Source: a virus
Taxonomy: Duplodnaviria; Caudoviricetes
Direction: 5' to 3' (one strand)
DNA length: 64,000 nucleotides
IMG/VR virus record: IMGVR_UViG_3300013901_000013
Coordinates: 25,592-89,591 of that record
Numbering within the stretch: position 1 is the first letter of the stretch; each line of letters begins with the position of its first letter. Below are positions 30,001 through 37,690 of this stretch, piece by piece. The notes beneath the pieces are model-generated. The model searched no databases. It worked only from the letters and a program-made list of their open reading frames with translations, and was not told the origin of the DNA. A program made the translations under genes and the position numbers.

Positions 30001-30521
30001 GTTGGGGTGATGACCCATATCGTTCTGGAAAACTTACTAAGAAGTTTGGAGCTAATAATGGTATTCAAGCTATTGTTAATAAACTCTGGGCTGAAGGTAA
30101 AGTATTCAGTGGTGCTTGGGAAGGAGCTTATTATGGTTTAACTTCCAAAGATATGCCTAAGTATGCTTATAATAGGTTTAATACTGGTGGTTATACAGGC
30201 TATTGGCCTGGAGATACTGGTAAATTAGCTTTCCTTGATAGTAAGGAAATCGTTCTTAATAAAGATGATACAGCTAATTTCCTTAGTGCTGTAGATATTG
30301 TTAGAGATATTGCTAAGACGATTGATTTAACAGCATCTAGTGCAAGTAATAGTTTTTCTAAATTATTTGCGGCGGCAGGTATTAAAACCGCAGCTACTAC
30401 GCTTGAGCAACAGGTTCATATTACAGCAGAGTTTCCAAATGCTACTGACAAGAATGAAATTCTTGATGCTTTTGATAATGTTATTAATCTTGCTACTCAG
30501 TATGCAAATAGAAATAAATGA
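21042..30521 (+). CDS. Tail tape measure protein (3159 aa)
   Basis: TP901-type TMP core (NNIRIVTG...VVGTALKTIFARI), hydrophobic segments, long helical repeats, canonical position. Confidence 0.92.
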   Translation: MAKKLNVELGFSVNNSSAKKQIDDLINQLQKIQTTPSKVFDDKDLKDASKAAQELQQHIKNAVNTDTGKLDLTKFATSLNKSNTNLEHFRKELEKAGTSGTNTFSSLANAIAQADAPMVKLNGRLGEFVTTLKNSARWQISSNILHGFESALGSAIGYAKDLDESLNNIRIVTGKSTDDMAAFAKEANEAAKSLSTTTTTYTDASLIYYQQGLSDEEVKKRTDITVKMANAAKESAEEVSQYMTAIWENYADGSESLESYADKITALGAATASSSKEIANGLEKFVAVGDQIGLSYDYATAALTTILAKTRQSEDVVGTALKTIFARIQGFNLGETADDGVTLNKYSSALKAVGVDVLDVNGEMKDMDTILDELASKWGTLGKAQQNALAQTVAGVRQYTQLVSLMDNWDFFKDNLKTIEDSEGALQEQQDIYAEGWEAARKRVKASWEGLYDDLIDENSIEKLDNALADVLDTLGGVIDGFGGLYGILTTIGGFVAQKFAKEVPNALNQITSFLSFKTGNAQKTAQDIQAQNARQMQSQAMNQAGSEDLAATSQIQGLAKISKMKSELTAVSGKLSEAEKAEYQQRIESTQSIYGMITAQAKSIQQSKQELQASKEKIIKNASKTTVSDTDENGQKKTNTRYNADVKQEEKDVTELIDKYEELSVAYGRIQTVKNKFGKQSDIWKNEELSIDELREKASQVYDVLNMLNEEKKLKFTDEDGNSVELVTDEALANLKQFIDEGPKANQTAEEFKQQFQELADTFAMTSGTGVDVDFAEEIGKLREELDLHDVDTSALDEYIKKIVELTNNQDGLEQVLGQQNDAEEESIQHTTKLSEAFVSMTGSLSSVVGAATSLSNAWQILNDDEATTVEKITAIISALTSLGFAIQSVGQAVTVLKDLRAASAAASAANTAAMTAEAGSAGILTGALGKLKTAFTGIGLAGSIFTGVAVAIGVATTAISLHNDAVQKSIDANKDAIEEANQNIESYESQKQSLDDLAKSYKEAKEAYETDKSTESRKAFEEAAKAYGDAINEQNEALRENGIHLENVTTNLDIVTGKYENIESAAKKATDAILKEQETEANTAKINAEDEFKTEMRKGRGHVIGDKYTAEWNNMTSSDDDKSDEYLRKAFKSVKSDYVNYTEYKDEYGNRTGDDHITLSSTEDAQEMAKAYADIQEVIKQAEENANAAGDDALKALQDSTTYQQLTDWLDKASEGYKNLTDATEKYNSIAGQRKLSELNISDDDITSTNDYINAVNELSESLAKEQLVKDKKDTDEESVKEEAKNQKELAESILSSSDAWSEYASNYEAFKEKTADIKDKDWLNTITEYYNKLPEEDKKLFLEFDLDLEKSEKNLDAQKNELKALEENDTASNFGSTIISNVKAIKNGKRTEADYSGIDWGNEEQGIIEFNEFLEKSASEQALYLLNLNRELGNNLEENKEESLNNLKSSLAEYQKEYEEASKSGDTTTANNLDTKIQETKDAIKDLQNSQADYSNEVNEDFLDLLNDSEKFVTLMTTTQQLSGDLQTELANMIVDLDGASLDQKLEYLSVAFQAGKVGIADLKGALSSLIEDGDMSLEKLKDFFLNEDMFKDSKEALETYRESLEQLAATYDNCEKELLDYKQALLTGNEEVIEAAQSQLEMSTRAGEDAEKYDIEADRIEMLAKSYLSAAEATDAVKNGQADAAEIAEDMARAEIRLNDAIDDLYNNWDDYEKIMDVCNDTSEAGVATAIKEISTNKKLSASYANLKEDIAGMLDTTSDLLGDDWIVSNMNDVKAAAEGDEEALSRLRENAVTEILVNSNLQDLGYDVDALSEKINNIPDGELNLDDTQFVQELVWAMQQAGLAQDEIESRLSGMGISVDLEPLVDQMGQAISVSDVMGGTAGQAFADAYAASAGVDSEITSETKEDKDQKTITGYTSHLEPVTAHGSITVPMIDQQGQQYATMVQDLPYEVYSQITDPTYTEAEDTKQTTTNALKVKSANKQSGGNISIANRPGGSNRQPREARTRTTRSPRSSSGSRSTPRAKTFRPSREVNVSDIVKDDKKKLKDEKERYHVINNQLEDISHNLNDIAQLKDRAFGKNKLNALKAENKELQAQAKAQAKLVKETEKYLKTDKAAVQALGATIGSDGTITNYDALMTNKVKSYNNSVLTYAKMQKAAEDEYNKAMQAATNRYNASGRTDADSAIYDAAAERAKERKDEADKEAERYKKQIDEDYQDFVDKIDQYEETYDKMREEKLKEQQIQDQIYDNELETIQYEVEIKVDVDEDTLKFLNELFDQMGDSADYAADRIANLTKQAKAYNNEAKAYENGISSILKHAGADQELINGFINGNLTSDQIKEMGALGFTEGDAEALRDYSDKLIELNKNYRDLRDTMIDQVSAAFDEYIEKLEDASEKIEKLQKVTETYKSIIDVVGKRILDPTGKVTKALDDAAFNSARNLTKSNKATLDFAENALAEAKKTRDSLAKQYGEDNETVRKWDEQVKELEDKRDEAYSNWLDAWEAECEAARTTFEDTLESIVTNFETKISGLAGSLDMLNDAYERQSKVDEVYVDDYEKIYQLSKLSREISKSIDDTSQVKNKEKLKKLQDEIVKKQEQGVKLSQYDLDYLEKKYQLELARQQLEEAKNAKTQVTMKRDSEGNYGYVYTADASAVADAEQNYEDRLHELQQLNSEYIKTLQGDIIQIQQDLENDLKNFAENFKGTQEEYEKGVAEITEKYKTLMEYKQQQMQNVLSNNRDLYMNDWKSYSEATGYKLSADEDYLDKWEETNYAIITGYGTLEDAMDAWRDGVDQVTNDAIQAYKTWYEQTSEALGDGGTSMDNFASKAGEVAGEVTGQTDKIAESAQEMAKTFETSFDGILENAKTFSQQFEDVIMGIIDSNTKLADSIRKVLAEASKASSSTNSGTNGSYTGGTSDSVSGGGSSTGGGQTGNSTGTGADASGLDFSDGTKGGRGGRRGSKTTKLDNKTKYGVALAIIEGTYGWGDDPYRSGKLTKKFGANNGIQAIVNKLWAEGKVFSGAWEGAYYGLTSKDMPKYAYNRFNTGGYTGYWPGDTGKLAFLDSKEIVLNKDDTANFLSAVDIVRDIAKTIDLTASSASNSFSKLFAAAGIKTAATTLEQQVHITAEFPNATDKNEILDAFDNVINLATQYANRNK

Positions 30522-30525
30522 TTTT

Positions 30526-30559
30526 TAGGGAAGAGTATTTATACTCTTCCCTATTTTTT
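30526..30559 (+). terminator. Rho-independent terminator
   Basis: TAGGGAAGAGTA/TACTCTTCCCTA stem plus T tract. Confidence 0.85.
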
Positions 30560-30579
30560 ATTTGGGCAAATGATATGAA

Positions 30580-30608
30580 TTGACAAGTTAAAAAAATTAT
30601 GATAATAT
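30580..30608 (+). promoter_or_regulatory. SigA-type internal promoter
   Basis: TTGACA-17-TAATAT. Confidence 0.6.
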
Positions 30609-30636
30609 AGAATAAGGAGTGAAAGGAGGCCATCAA

Positions 30637-33600
30637 ATGGCAGATAACGTGAAAGCTTTGGACGATATATTTAAGTCTATAGATATTATTATAGATGGTA
30701 GACTTCAAGGGTTAAAATTTGATAAGACTATTACTTGTTCCATTTTAAGTAATAAGAATGCCGCTCGAGGCGAGTATACTGTTACAGATGGCGCAACTAC
30801 CTTTAAAGCATATTCTGATGTTACGACATATCAAGTTAATCAATATGTTTATGTCAAAGTGCCTAATGGTAGTTTTAATAATAAGAAAATAATTACAGGA
30901 AGGTATGTAGAAGAGAATAGTGAATATTATACATATGTACCTCCTTTAGATAGCTTTATAGATATGAGCCATAATCTTATTGATAATAGTATTAGTGAAA
31001 TGGGATTGGTGGCTAATGGACAACAAAAAGAAATTGTAGTGTGGGAAAAACATAATTTACACTACAATGATTACGATAGAATTGGTATTCGCGCGGGCTT
31101 TAAAACTTGGCTTAATCAATATGATTTAGTCAAAGGAAATTATGGCTTAAAGCTTTATGTCGCGATTAGACGTGGTAAAGATAATGAACCAGTTGAGAGT
31201 CAAGATATTTTTTCTGTATATTTTACTTTAGATACTTCTGATTTTTATGGAAGTTTGTATAATTATGAAACTTTTTATAACCAGGAGAAAGTATTTGATA
31301 TAGGAAAATATATTGATGATAAGCATTATATTTCTGATATAAGATTAGTATTCTTTCAAGACAGTGATTTTGAAAACGCTAAAGGAAATAAAATTGCTAG
31401 TACAATGCCAGGTTCTACAACTGAATTACCAAAAAATATTTTTATGGCAAGTCCATATATAGGAATTGGTTATAATAAAAATAAGTATCCATCAGATACA
31501 GCATTATTATACACCTTTGATTCTTTGGATTATAAGGCTTTATTATCAGATGAGGATAAGGCTAATTTTATTGCGGCGTTAGATACAGAGTCTGAAACAT
31601 ATTTGCAAGACAGAGATAATATACTTTATGATGCGGCGACAGCGAAAAAACTTTTAAGTCAGCTTAATAGACGTAAATTGCAAGCTCGATGGATTCATTT
31701 TGATGAAGATATGAACCCAAGTGTACTTGAGCAAAATTCTGATTTACCTGAAACCGCGCAAGTACATTGGTATAGATATTTCCTTGAAGAGGGCCTTTCT
31801 GATAAGTTAGCAGGAGCCTTTTGGAAGGAAATTGAAACCCCAAATAAAAATTATTTTGAGTATAAAGATTTTGAGCCTGATATGAATCGTCAGCATGATA
31901 TGCTTAAAGTAATTATTGAATATCCTTCTCGTGAAACTATTGCAAAACAAATTTATGATTTAAGTCTTGAAACTGGGGAGAAAGAAAATCCTGAGACTGG
32001 AAAAACAGATAAAGTGGGTGATTTACTTTATTCTTTTTTGCCCGCAGATAAAAAGCCAGATGATAAGACTTATTATGAATATATAGAAGAAGCTAAATTA
32101 AATTTAACTAATGCAATTCAGAAACTTGATGATTTACTTGAAGATTATGAATTACAAGCTAATAGGGTTGATGAATTATACAAAGAGTTAGATGAGAGAC
32201 AGCAAGAATATAAAGCTGCGCATCCAGATAAAACAGATGATGATTTAGCTACTGATAAAGAATATTTAGCTATTGCTACATATTTTAATGACCAGGTTGA
32301 TAACTTAAAAGATAGAACTAATGAAAAACGTGATGAATTACAAGCTATTAGTAATGAAGTAAGCGCTTATGAAGCTGAAATTAATTACTATTCTTCTAGT
32401 GTGGTAGAATTTAAAAATTCTACTAATGTAATTGATAACACTTCTGTCGATTTAATTAGTGGTCTTGATATTGTATGTGACCCAGAAGGATATAATGGAG
32501 TATATAGAATTTATGATGATAATGGTGACATCATGAGTTCTAGTGAAAGTGTTAAGAAAAGAACTTTAACTGCAACATATGAATCTTTAGTTACTGGTGA
32601 TAAGACACTTGATACTGCGGAAAAGATTTATTGGTATATTCCAATTAATAATACAATGATTCAGTATCCAACAGAAGGAACAGAATATTCTTATTATACA
32701 CAAGTTGATGTAACTGATAGTGAATATAACGCAGCGATGTATAAAGATAAATATTTTATTAAAGATTTATCTGGTATTTATCATCCTGCAACTTCTAAAT
32801 ATTCTAATACTGAAAAATATTATGAAAGAAATACAACCTCAACTTCAAAAACTAAGGATGGAAATTATTTTGTTATTTGCAGAAGTGGCGTAAGTATTGA
32901 TTCTGAAGCTGGAACTGCAGAATCTAAAAATGATAGTCAAGTATTTAGAATTAAATCTTATTATAGCCAAAGTGCGGTAAATAATACCATTAGATGTATT
33001 ATCGAAAAAAATGGACGTAAATTTGAGAAAGATATTACATTAGTATTTGGACCAACAGGAATAAATGGTACAACTTATACTTTGTCTTTGGAATTTGATA
33101 ATAAAGTTCCTGCGGTGACTGTTGCGGCAGATGATGGGAAAAATGGAAGTGGAATTTACAATTCAGTTAAGGTAATCCCGCATTTATATGATTATCAGAA
33201 TAATGATGTAACTGCGAAATTTGCTTCTGCGGGAAACATTTCTTACTCTTGGTATTGTCAAGGTAACGAGGGATTAGGAATTTCTGACCCAGATGAAACA
33301 GATGGTTCTGTTGAATTATTTGGTAAAAGTGCTAATATTGAAGATTATAAATATTATATTCTTCAGTGTTCAGTTAAAGATGCTACTGAAATTGTCCCAA
33401 ATAACAAAATTACTTTAACAGCATATTTACCTATTCCTGTTAGAGCAAGTGAAATATATACTGCATTTGATGGAGTTACCAAGATTACTTATGATTCAGG
33501 TGGTGGAAATCCGCAGTTTTATAAAGATGGTTACAAGATATATAAGTTTAATAATGATACAGGCAATAATGAACCTGTTACTAATGCAACTTGGGAAATG

Positions 33601-36600
33601 TCTTTAGGTAAGGATACTACTGGTATTGAATTAGATAAAGAATATAATATAACATCTGTAATTACTCAATATTATCCAACCGTTACATCTGAAGGTGTGT
33701 TAAGTGCACCGGCGATGTTTTTAGAAGATAATGGAAAGCAAGTTGGAGTATCTTGTAAAATAAATGATGAGATTGTTTGGTTTCAGCCTTTATATATTTA
33801 TCAGAATTCTTATTCATCCTCTCTGCTCAACTCATGGGACGGTAGTTTGACGCAGGATGAAAAAAATGGTACTATATTATCAACAATGATAGGAGCCGGA
33901 AAAAAGGATAGTTTTAACCGATTTAATGGTGTGCTTATGGGTGATATAAGTGCAGCAAATAATCAGCGTGATATTGGATTATATGGATATCATGAAGGCG
34001 TTCAAAGCTATGGACTGAATATTAACGGTACTGCTTTTATTGGTAAATCTGGTAGAGGTCAGATTAAATTTAATGGAAATTCTGGATATATTCAGAGTGG
34101 AAATTATGGTAAATCTGGCGCAGGTGGAATGCAGATTGACCTTAATAATGGTATATTAAAAATCATTGGAGAAAAATTTACTCAAGCACAGATTAAAGCG
34201 AATGGTAGGATATTTCAAGGTGTAGACCAAGCTTATGCAGCTCAAAGAGATTATTATGATTCAATTAAAAAGAATTTAAATAATCAAGTTACATATTGTT
34301 CTAACAGAATAGATAAGTTAAAAACTTTACAAAAAGAATATCAAAATAATGCTGACGGTTATGAAAACGCTATAAATGGCGATAATGGTGAAAATAAGGT
34401 TAAGCAAACTGCTCAATCTAATTTAGATATATTAAATGGAACTGGAACAAATTCTATTAAATATGTACAGAGCCAGATAACTAAAGTGCAAGAGCAAATT
34501 AAAAATAAGAAGAAAGAATTAACAAACGCGCAAAAGAGTTCGTTAAAAGCTTCTGAAAAGATGAAAAAGATTTCATCAATTAAAAGTGAAATTTCTAATT
34601 TAAACTCACAATTAAGTGGTTATCAAACTAGTTTAAAGCAGAAAAAAGCTGAACGTGACGATTTAAAAGCTACAATAACCGCTTGTGATAGTAAGATTAA
34701 GACTTATATTCAGAGAAAGAATTTTTATACAAAACGAATTAAAGAATTAACGGATGAGATTGCAACTTTAAGTGCCAATAAAACAAAATATGAAAAACAA
34801 ATTACTAATTATGAGACTTTAATTAAAAGTCTTAATGATACAATTAGTAAGTATAGTGCGGCAACCGATGATGAAAAAGTAAAATATGAAAATTCTATGG
34901 TGAATTATCTTAGAGAAAATTTACCTGATAGCTTTGAAATAACTACACAAACTACTGGAAGCCAAATTATAATTTCTTCTTTGAGCCCTTATTTAAAAAT
35001 TGTTTCTAACAGTAATAAGACTTTATTAAATATAGCAGATAGTAGTTATTATTTGCAAACAAATGATTTTATTCAACACGTTTTTGACAGTAAAACAAAT
35101 AAATTTACCACGCCTGGGGAAGGTATGAAGATTGATTTACAGAAAGGTAAAATCACTTCATATAACTTTGATTTGATAGCTTATGATTCTAAAGGAGATA
35201 ATGCAGGTTCCTTTGTACAGATAAGTCAAAGTGGAAATCCTTATCTAAGAGTTTATTTTAAAGATTCTACTCGAAATTTAGACATTTTTAGATTGACTAA
35301 AACAGAATTTTTCTTAAATTCCCATGATTGGGTTGCAGGTAAATCTGGCATGAAATTAGATTTATCTAAAGGCAGCATTACTGCTTTTAATAATTTTAAT
35401 TTGAAAGCAACAATAAATACTAAAGATGAAGATAATGAACGATATAATGGTTCTTATGTACAAATAAAAAGTGGTAATCCATTTTTTACTGTTCATTTTA
35501 AAGATTCTGATTCTAAATCTCAAACACAAAGAGATGGTTTGGACCTTATTAAAATAGGAACTACACAATGGCTTATGCAATCTCAAAACTGGGTAGATGG
35601 AAGCCAAGATATTACTAAAGGGTCTGGAATTCAATTTAATATGGCAACAGGAAAAATTACAGCTTATAGTTTTACGATTAAGGCATATAAAAGCGCTGAT
35701 AAATATATTTATATAAATAGTGCAGCTAATGATAATCCCTTGGAAATAGGTAAAAAATTTAAAGTAAATTGGGAAGGCGAAGTAACCGCTAGTTATATTA
35801 CTGCTAGTGGCGGAAAGATTGGCCCATTTACTATAGATAATACAAGTCTTTATATTAAAAGTGACTATGGTATTGGAATAGACACTGCTGAAGTATATTT
35901 AGGTGAAGATGGCTTAAGCGTAAATTCAGGAGGATTTGTAGCTTATAAAAAATCTAAAACTGGAAATTTCCCAACATTTAGTTTAAAAACTAGTAATGGA
36001 CGTAATGTTGGTATTATTACTGATACCAGTAAAACTTTCACTTATTCTACTTACATTAAAGGTGGAATACTTGTAAAAGAAGGCGGAATGAAGATAGAAG
36101 GTTCATTATATACTTCTGGGACAACAACCATTGGTTCAACTTTGTATGTTACAGCAAATACGTATGTAGGTGGTACTTTAACCACTATGGGTACCTTAAC
36201 TATAAATGATACTGCTTATATAAATGGTGGAACTACTATTAACGGTAATTTAACAGTTAATGGAAATATTACTGGTAAAAATTGGGGAGTAACTAATAAT
36301 AATGGTGCTACTCAAAGTACTCAAACTTTTGGTAATATTGCTGCTACAGGAGGAAATATTGGTGGAGAAAATGGTTGGATTATTCAATCTGGGTATTTAA
36401 AAGATAAGAATAATAAAATTATTTTAAATGCAAATGAAACAAAAATTAGCGTTGGAACAATAACTATATTTCAAAGTAGCACTAATGCTGGTCAAATAAA
36501 TTTTGGAAATAAAGCTTACATGTTTGGCTCTACAGAGAAAGAAAGTGTATTATTCATAGAGGCTAAAGCTATAATACAAGGGAATTTAAAAATACCTAGA

Positions 36601-37245
36601 GATATAAAATTTTATATACAATCTTCAGTAAACACAAATGATGTTAATACCTATAATGGTGGTTATGAAAATAATGAAAAATTAATTATTGGTATTAAAG
36701 GACTAAAAGTTACAGATAAAGATGGTACTGAAGCTAATACACATTATTTTAAATTAGGGGCAACAAATGACGGGGCTCCAGGTACTTGTACCTTAACATT
36801 AGGTAAATTAGCATTCGCAAATAACATAAAAAAAAAGTTTAACATAAGTTCCGTAAATTTTGATTTTTGGTATAAAGTAGATACTCCAGACGCACCTTCT
36901 TTATCTACTCAAAATTATGCTCCTTGGTCTGGTTCTTATATAACAGCAAGGTCATATACTTCTACTAGAACTAGATATATATGCTATAATAAAGAAGGTG
37001 GATACATAGGTGAATATGACTCTCCTATTAGTGGCGCTATTAATGCAGCTTACCCAGTATATGATGTAATTTATGTTGTACAAGGAGATGTTTCTACACC
37101 TTCTGTAGATTTCTCAACAGTAGAACAATATGGATATACTAAAAAAAGACTAGCTTTATCTAAAGAAGGTACTAAAGAAGTTGAATTTGGACCTAGTGAT
37201 TCGAGTTCAGATACAATTACATTAACTAATGTAGATTTTTCTTAA
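30637..37245 (+). CDS. Large tail-tip/baseplate-spike protein (about 2200 aa)
   Basis: Follows the TMP; coiled-coil inserts, repeated beta modules and a T/G-rich beta-helix-like segment; GGAGG RBS before ATG 30637. Confidence 0.6.
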   Translation: MADNVKALDDIFKSIDIIIDGRLQGLKFDKTITCSILSNKNAARGEYTVTDGATTFKAYSDVTTYQVNQYVYVKVPNGSFNNKKIITGRYVEENSEYYTYVPPLDSFIDMSHNLIDNSISEMGLVANGQQKEIVVWEKHNLHYNDYDRIGIRAGFKTWLNQYDLVKGNYGLKLYVAIRRGKDNEPVESQDIFSVYFTLDTSDFYGSLYNYETFYNQEKVFDIGKYIDDKHYISDIRLVFFQDSDFENAKGNKIASTMPGSTTELPKNIFMASPYIGIGYNKNKYPSDTALLYTFDSLDYKALLSDEDKANFIAALDTESETYLQDRDNILYDAATAKKLLSQLNRRKLQARWIHFDEDMNPSVLEQNSDLPETAQVHWYRYFLEEGLSDKLAGAFWKEIETPNKNYFEYKDFEPDMNRQHDMLKVIIEYPSRETIAKQIYDLSLETGEKENPETGKTDKVGDLLYSFLPADKKPDDKTYYEYIEEAKLNLTNAIQKLDDLLEDYELQANRVDELYKELDERQQEYKAAHPDKTDDDLATDKEYLAIATYFNDQVDNLKDRTNEKRDELQAISNEVSAYEAEINYYSSSVVEFKNSTNVIDNTSVDLISGLDIVCDPEGYNGVYRIYDDNGDIMSSSESVKKRTLTATYESLVTGDKTLDTAEKIYWYIPINNTMIQYPTEGTEYSYYTQVDVTDSEYNAAMYKDKYFIKDLSGIYHPATSKYSNTEKYYERNTTSTSKTKDGNYFVICRSGVSIDSEAGTAESKNDSQVFRIKSYYSQSAVNNTIRCIIEKNGRKFEKDITLVFGPTGINGTTYTLSLEFDNKVPAVTVAADDGKNGSGIYNSVKVIPHLYDYQNNDVTAKFASAGNISYSWYCQGNEGLGISDPDETDGSVELFGKSANIEDYKYYILQCSVKDATEIVPNNKITLTAYLPIPVRASEIYTAFDGVTKITYDSGGGNPQFYKDGYKIYKFNNDTGNNEPVTNATWEMSLGKDTTGIELDKEYNITSVITQYYPTVTSEGVLSAPAMFLEDNGKQVGVSCKINDEIVWFQPLYIYQNSYSSSLLNSWDGSLTQDEKNGTILSTMIGAGKKDSFNRFNGVLMGDISAANNQRDIGLYGYHEGVQSYGLNINGTAFIGKSGRGQIKFNGNSGYIQSGNYGKSGAGGMQIDLNNGILKIIGEKFTQAQIKANGRIFQGVDQAYAAQRDYYDSIKKNLNNQVTYCSNRIDKLKTLQKEYQNNADGYENAINGDNGENKVKQTAQSNLDILNGTGTNSIKYVQSQITKVQEQIKNKKKELTNAQKSSLKASEKMKKISSIKSEISNLNSQLSGYQTSLKQKKAERDDLKATITACDSKIKTYIQRKNFYTKRIKELTDEIATLSANKTKYEKQITNYETLIKSLNDTISKYSAATDDEKVKYENSMVNYLRENLPDSFEITTQTTGSQIIISSLSPYLKIVSNSNKTLLNIADSSYYLQTNDFIQHVFDSKTNKFTTPGEGMKIDLQKGKITSYNFDLIAYDSKGDNAGSFVQISQSGNPYLRVYFKDSTRNLDIFRLTKTEFFLNSHDWVAGKSGMKLDLSKGSITAFNNFNLKATINTKDEDNERYNGSYVQIKSGNPFFTVHFKDSDSKSQTQRDGLDLIKIGTTQWLMQSQNWVDGSQDITKGSGIQFNMATGKITAYSFTIKAYKSADKYIYINSAANDNPLEIGKKFKVNWEGEVTASYITASGGKIGPFTIDNTSLYIKSDYGIGIDTAEVYLGEDGLSVNSGGFVAYKKSKTGNFPTFSLKTSNGRNVGIITDTSKTFTYSTYIKGGILVKEGGMKIEGSLYTSGTTTIGSTLYVTANTYVGGTLTTMGTLTINDTAYINGGTTINGNLTVNGNITGKNWGVTNNNGATQSTQTFGNIAATGGNIGGENGWIIQSGYLKDKNNKIILNANETKISVGTITIFQSSTNAGQINFGNKAYMFGSTEKESVLFIEAKAIIQGNLKIPRDIKFYIQSSVNTNDVNTYNGGYENNEKLIIGIKGLKVTDKDGTEANTHYFKLGATNDGAPGTCTLTLGKLAFANNIKKKFNISSVNFDFWYKVDTPDAPSLSTQNYAPWSGSYITARSYTSTRTRYICYNKEGGYIGEYDSPISGAINAAYPVYDVIYVVQGDVSTPSVDFSTVEQYGYTKKRLALSKEGTKEVEFGPSDSSSDTITLTNVDFS

Positions 37246-37285
37246 TTTAATATAGATATTTTATATATAAAGGAGATAAAGGATT

Positions 37286-37684
37286 ATGCAAACAACAAAA
37301 ACTTTAAAAAATGGTGAAATTTTTGAAATGGCAACAAATTTAATTGAAGCTTTTCAACAGGACACAGAATCTGGCGAGAAGACTTATCCAATTAAAGTTT
37401 TGTTCTATCTTAGAAAAAATATGAAAACTCTTACAGAGCTTGCTCAGGACATTGAGAAAGCAAGAGTTGAAATTATTAAAAGATATGGGGCTCCATCTGA
37501 GGAGAATCCAGAGCAGTATCAGTTTGAAACACAGGAAAAAATTGATGCCGCAAATAAAGAATTTGAAGAACTGTTCGGTTTAGAGCAGGAAGTTACTATT
37601 TATACAATTCCATTAGAGGCTTTCAATGACATGGAACTCACTGAAAAACAGATGGATGCAGTAATGGAAATGATTGAGGAGTAA
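37286..37684 (+). CDS. Small helical phage protein (DUF1617-like, tentative)
   Basis: TLKNGEIF...PIKVLFYLRKNMKTL pattern. Confidence 0.45.
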   Translation: MQTTKTLKNGEIFEMATNLIEAFQQDTESGEKTYPIKVLFYLRKNMKTLTELAQDIEKARVEIIKRYGAPSEENPEQYQFETQEKIDAANKEFEELFGLEQEVTIYTIPLEAFNDMELTEKQMDAVMEMIEE

Positions 37685-37690
37685 AAAGAT

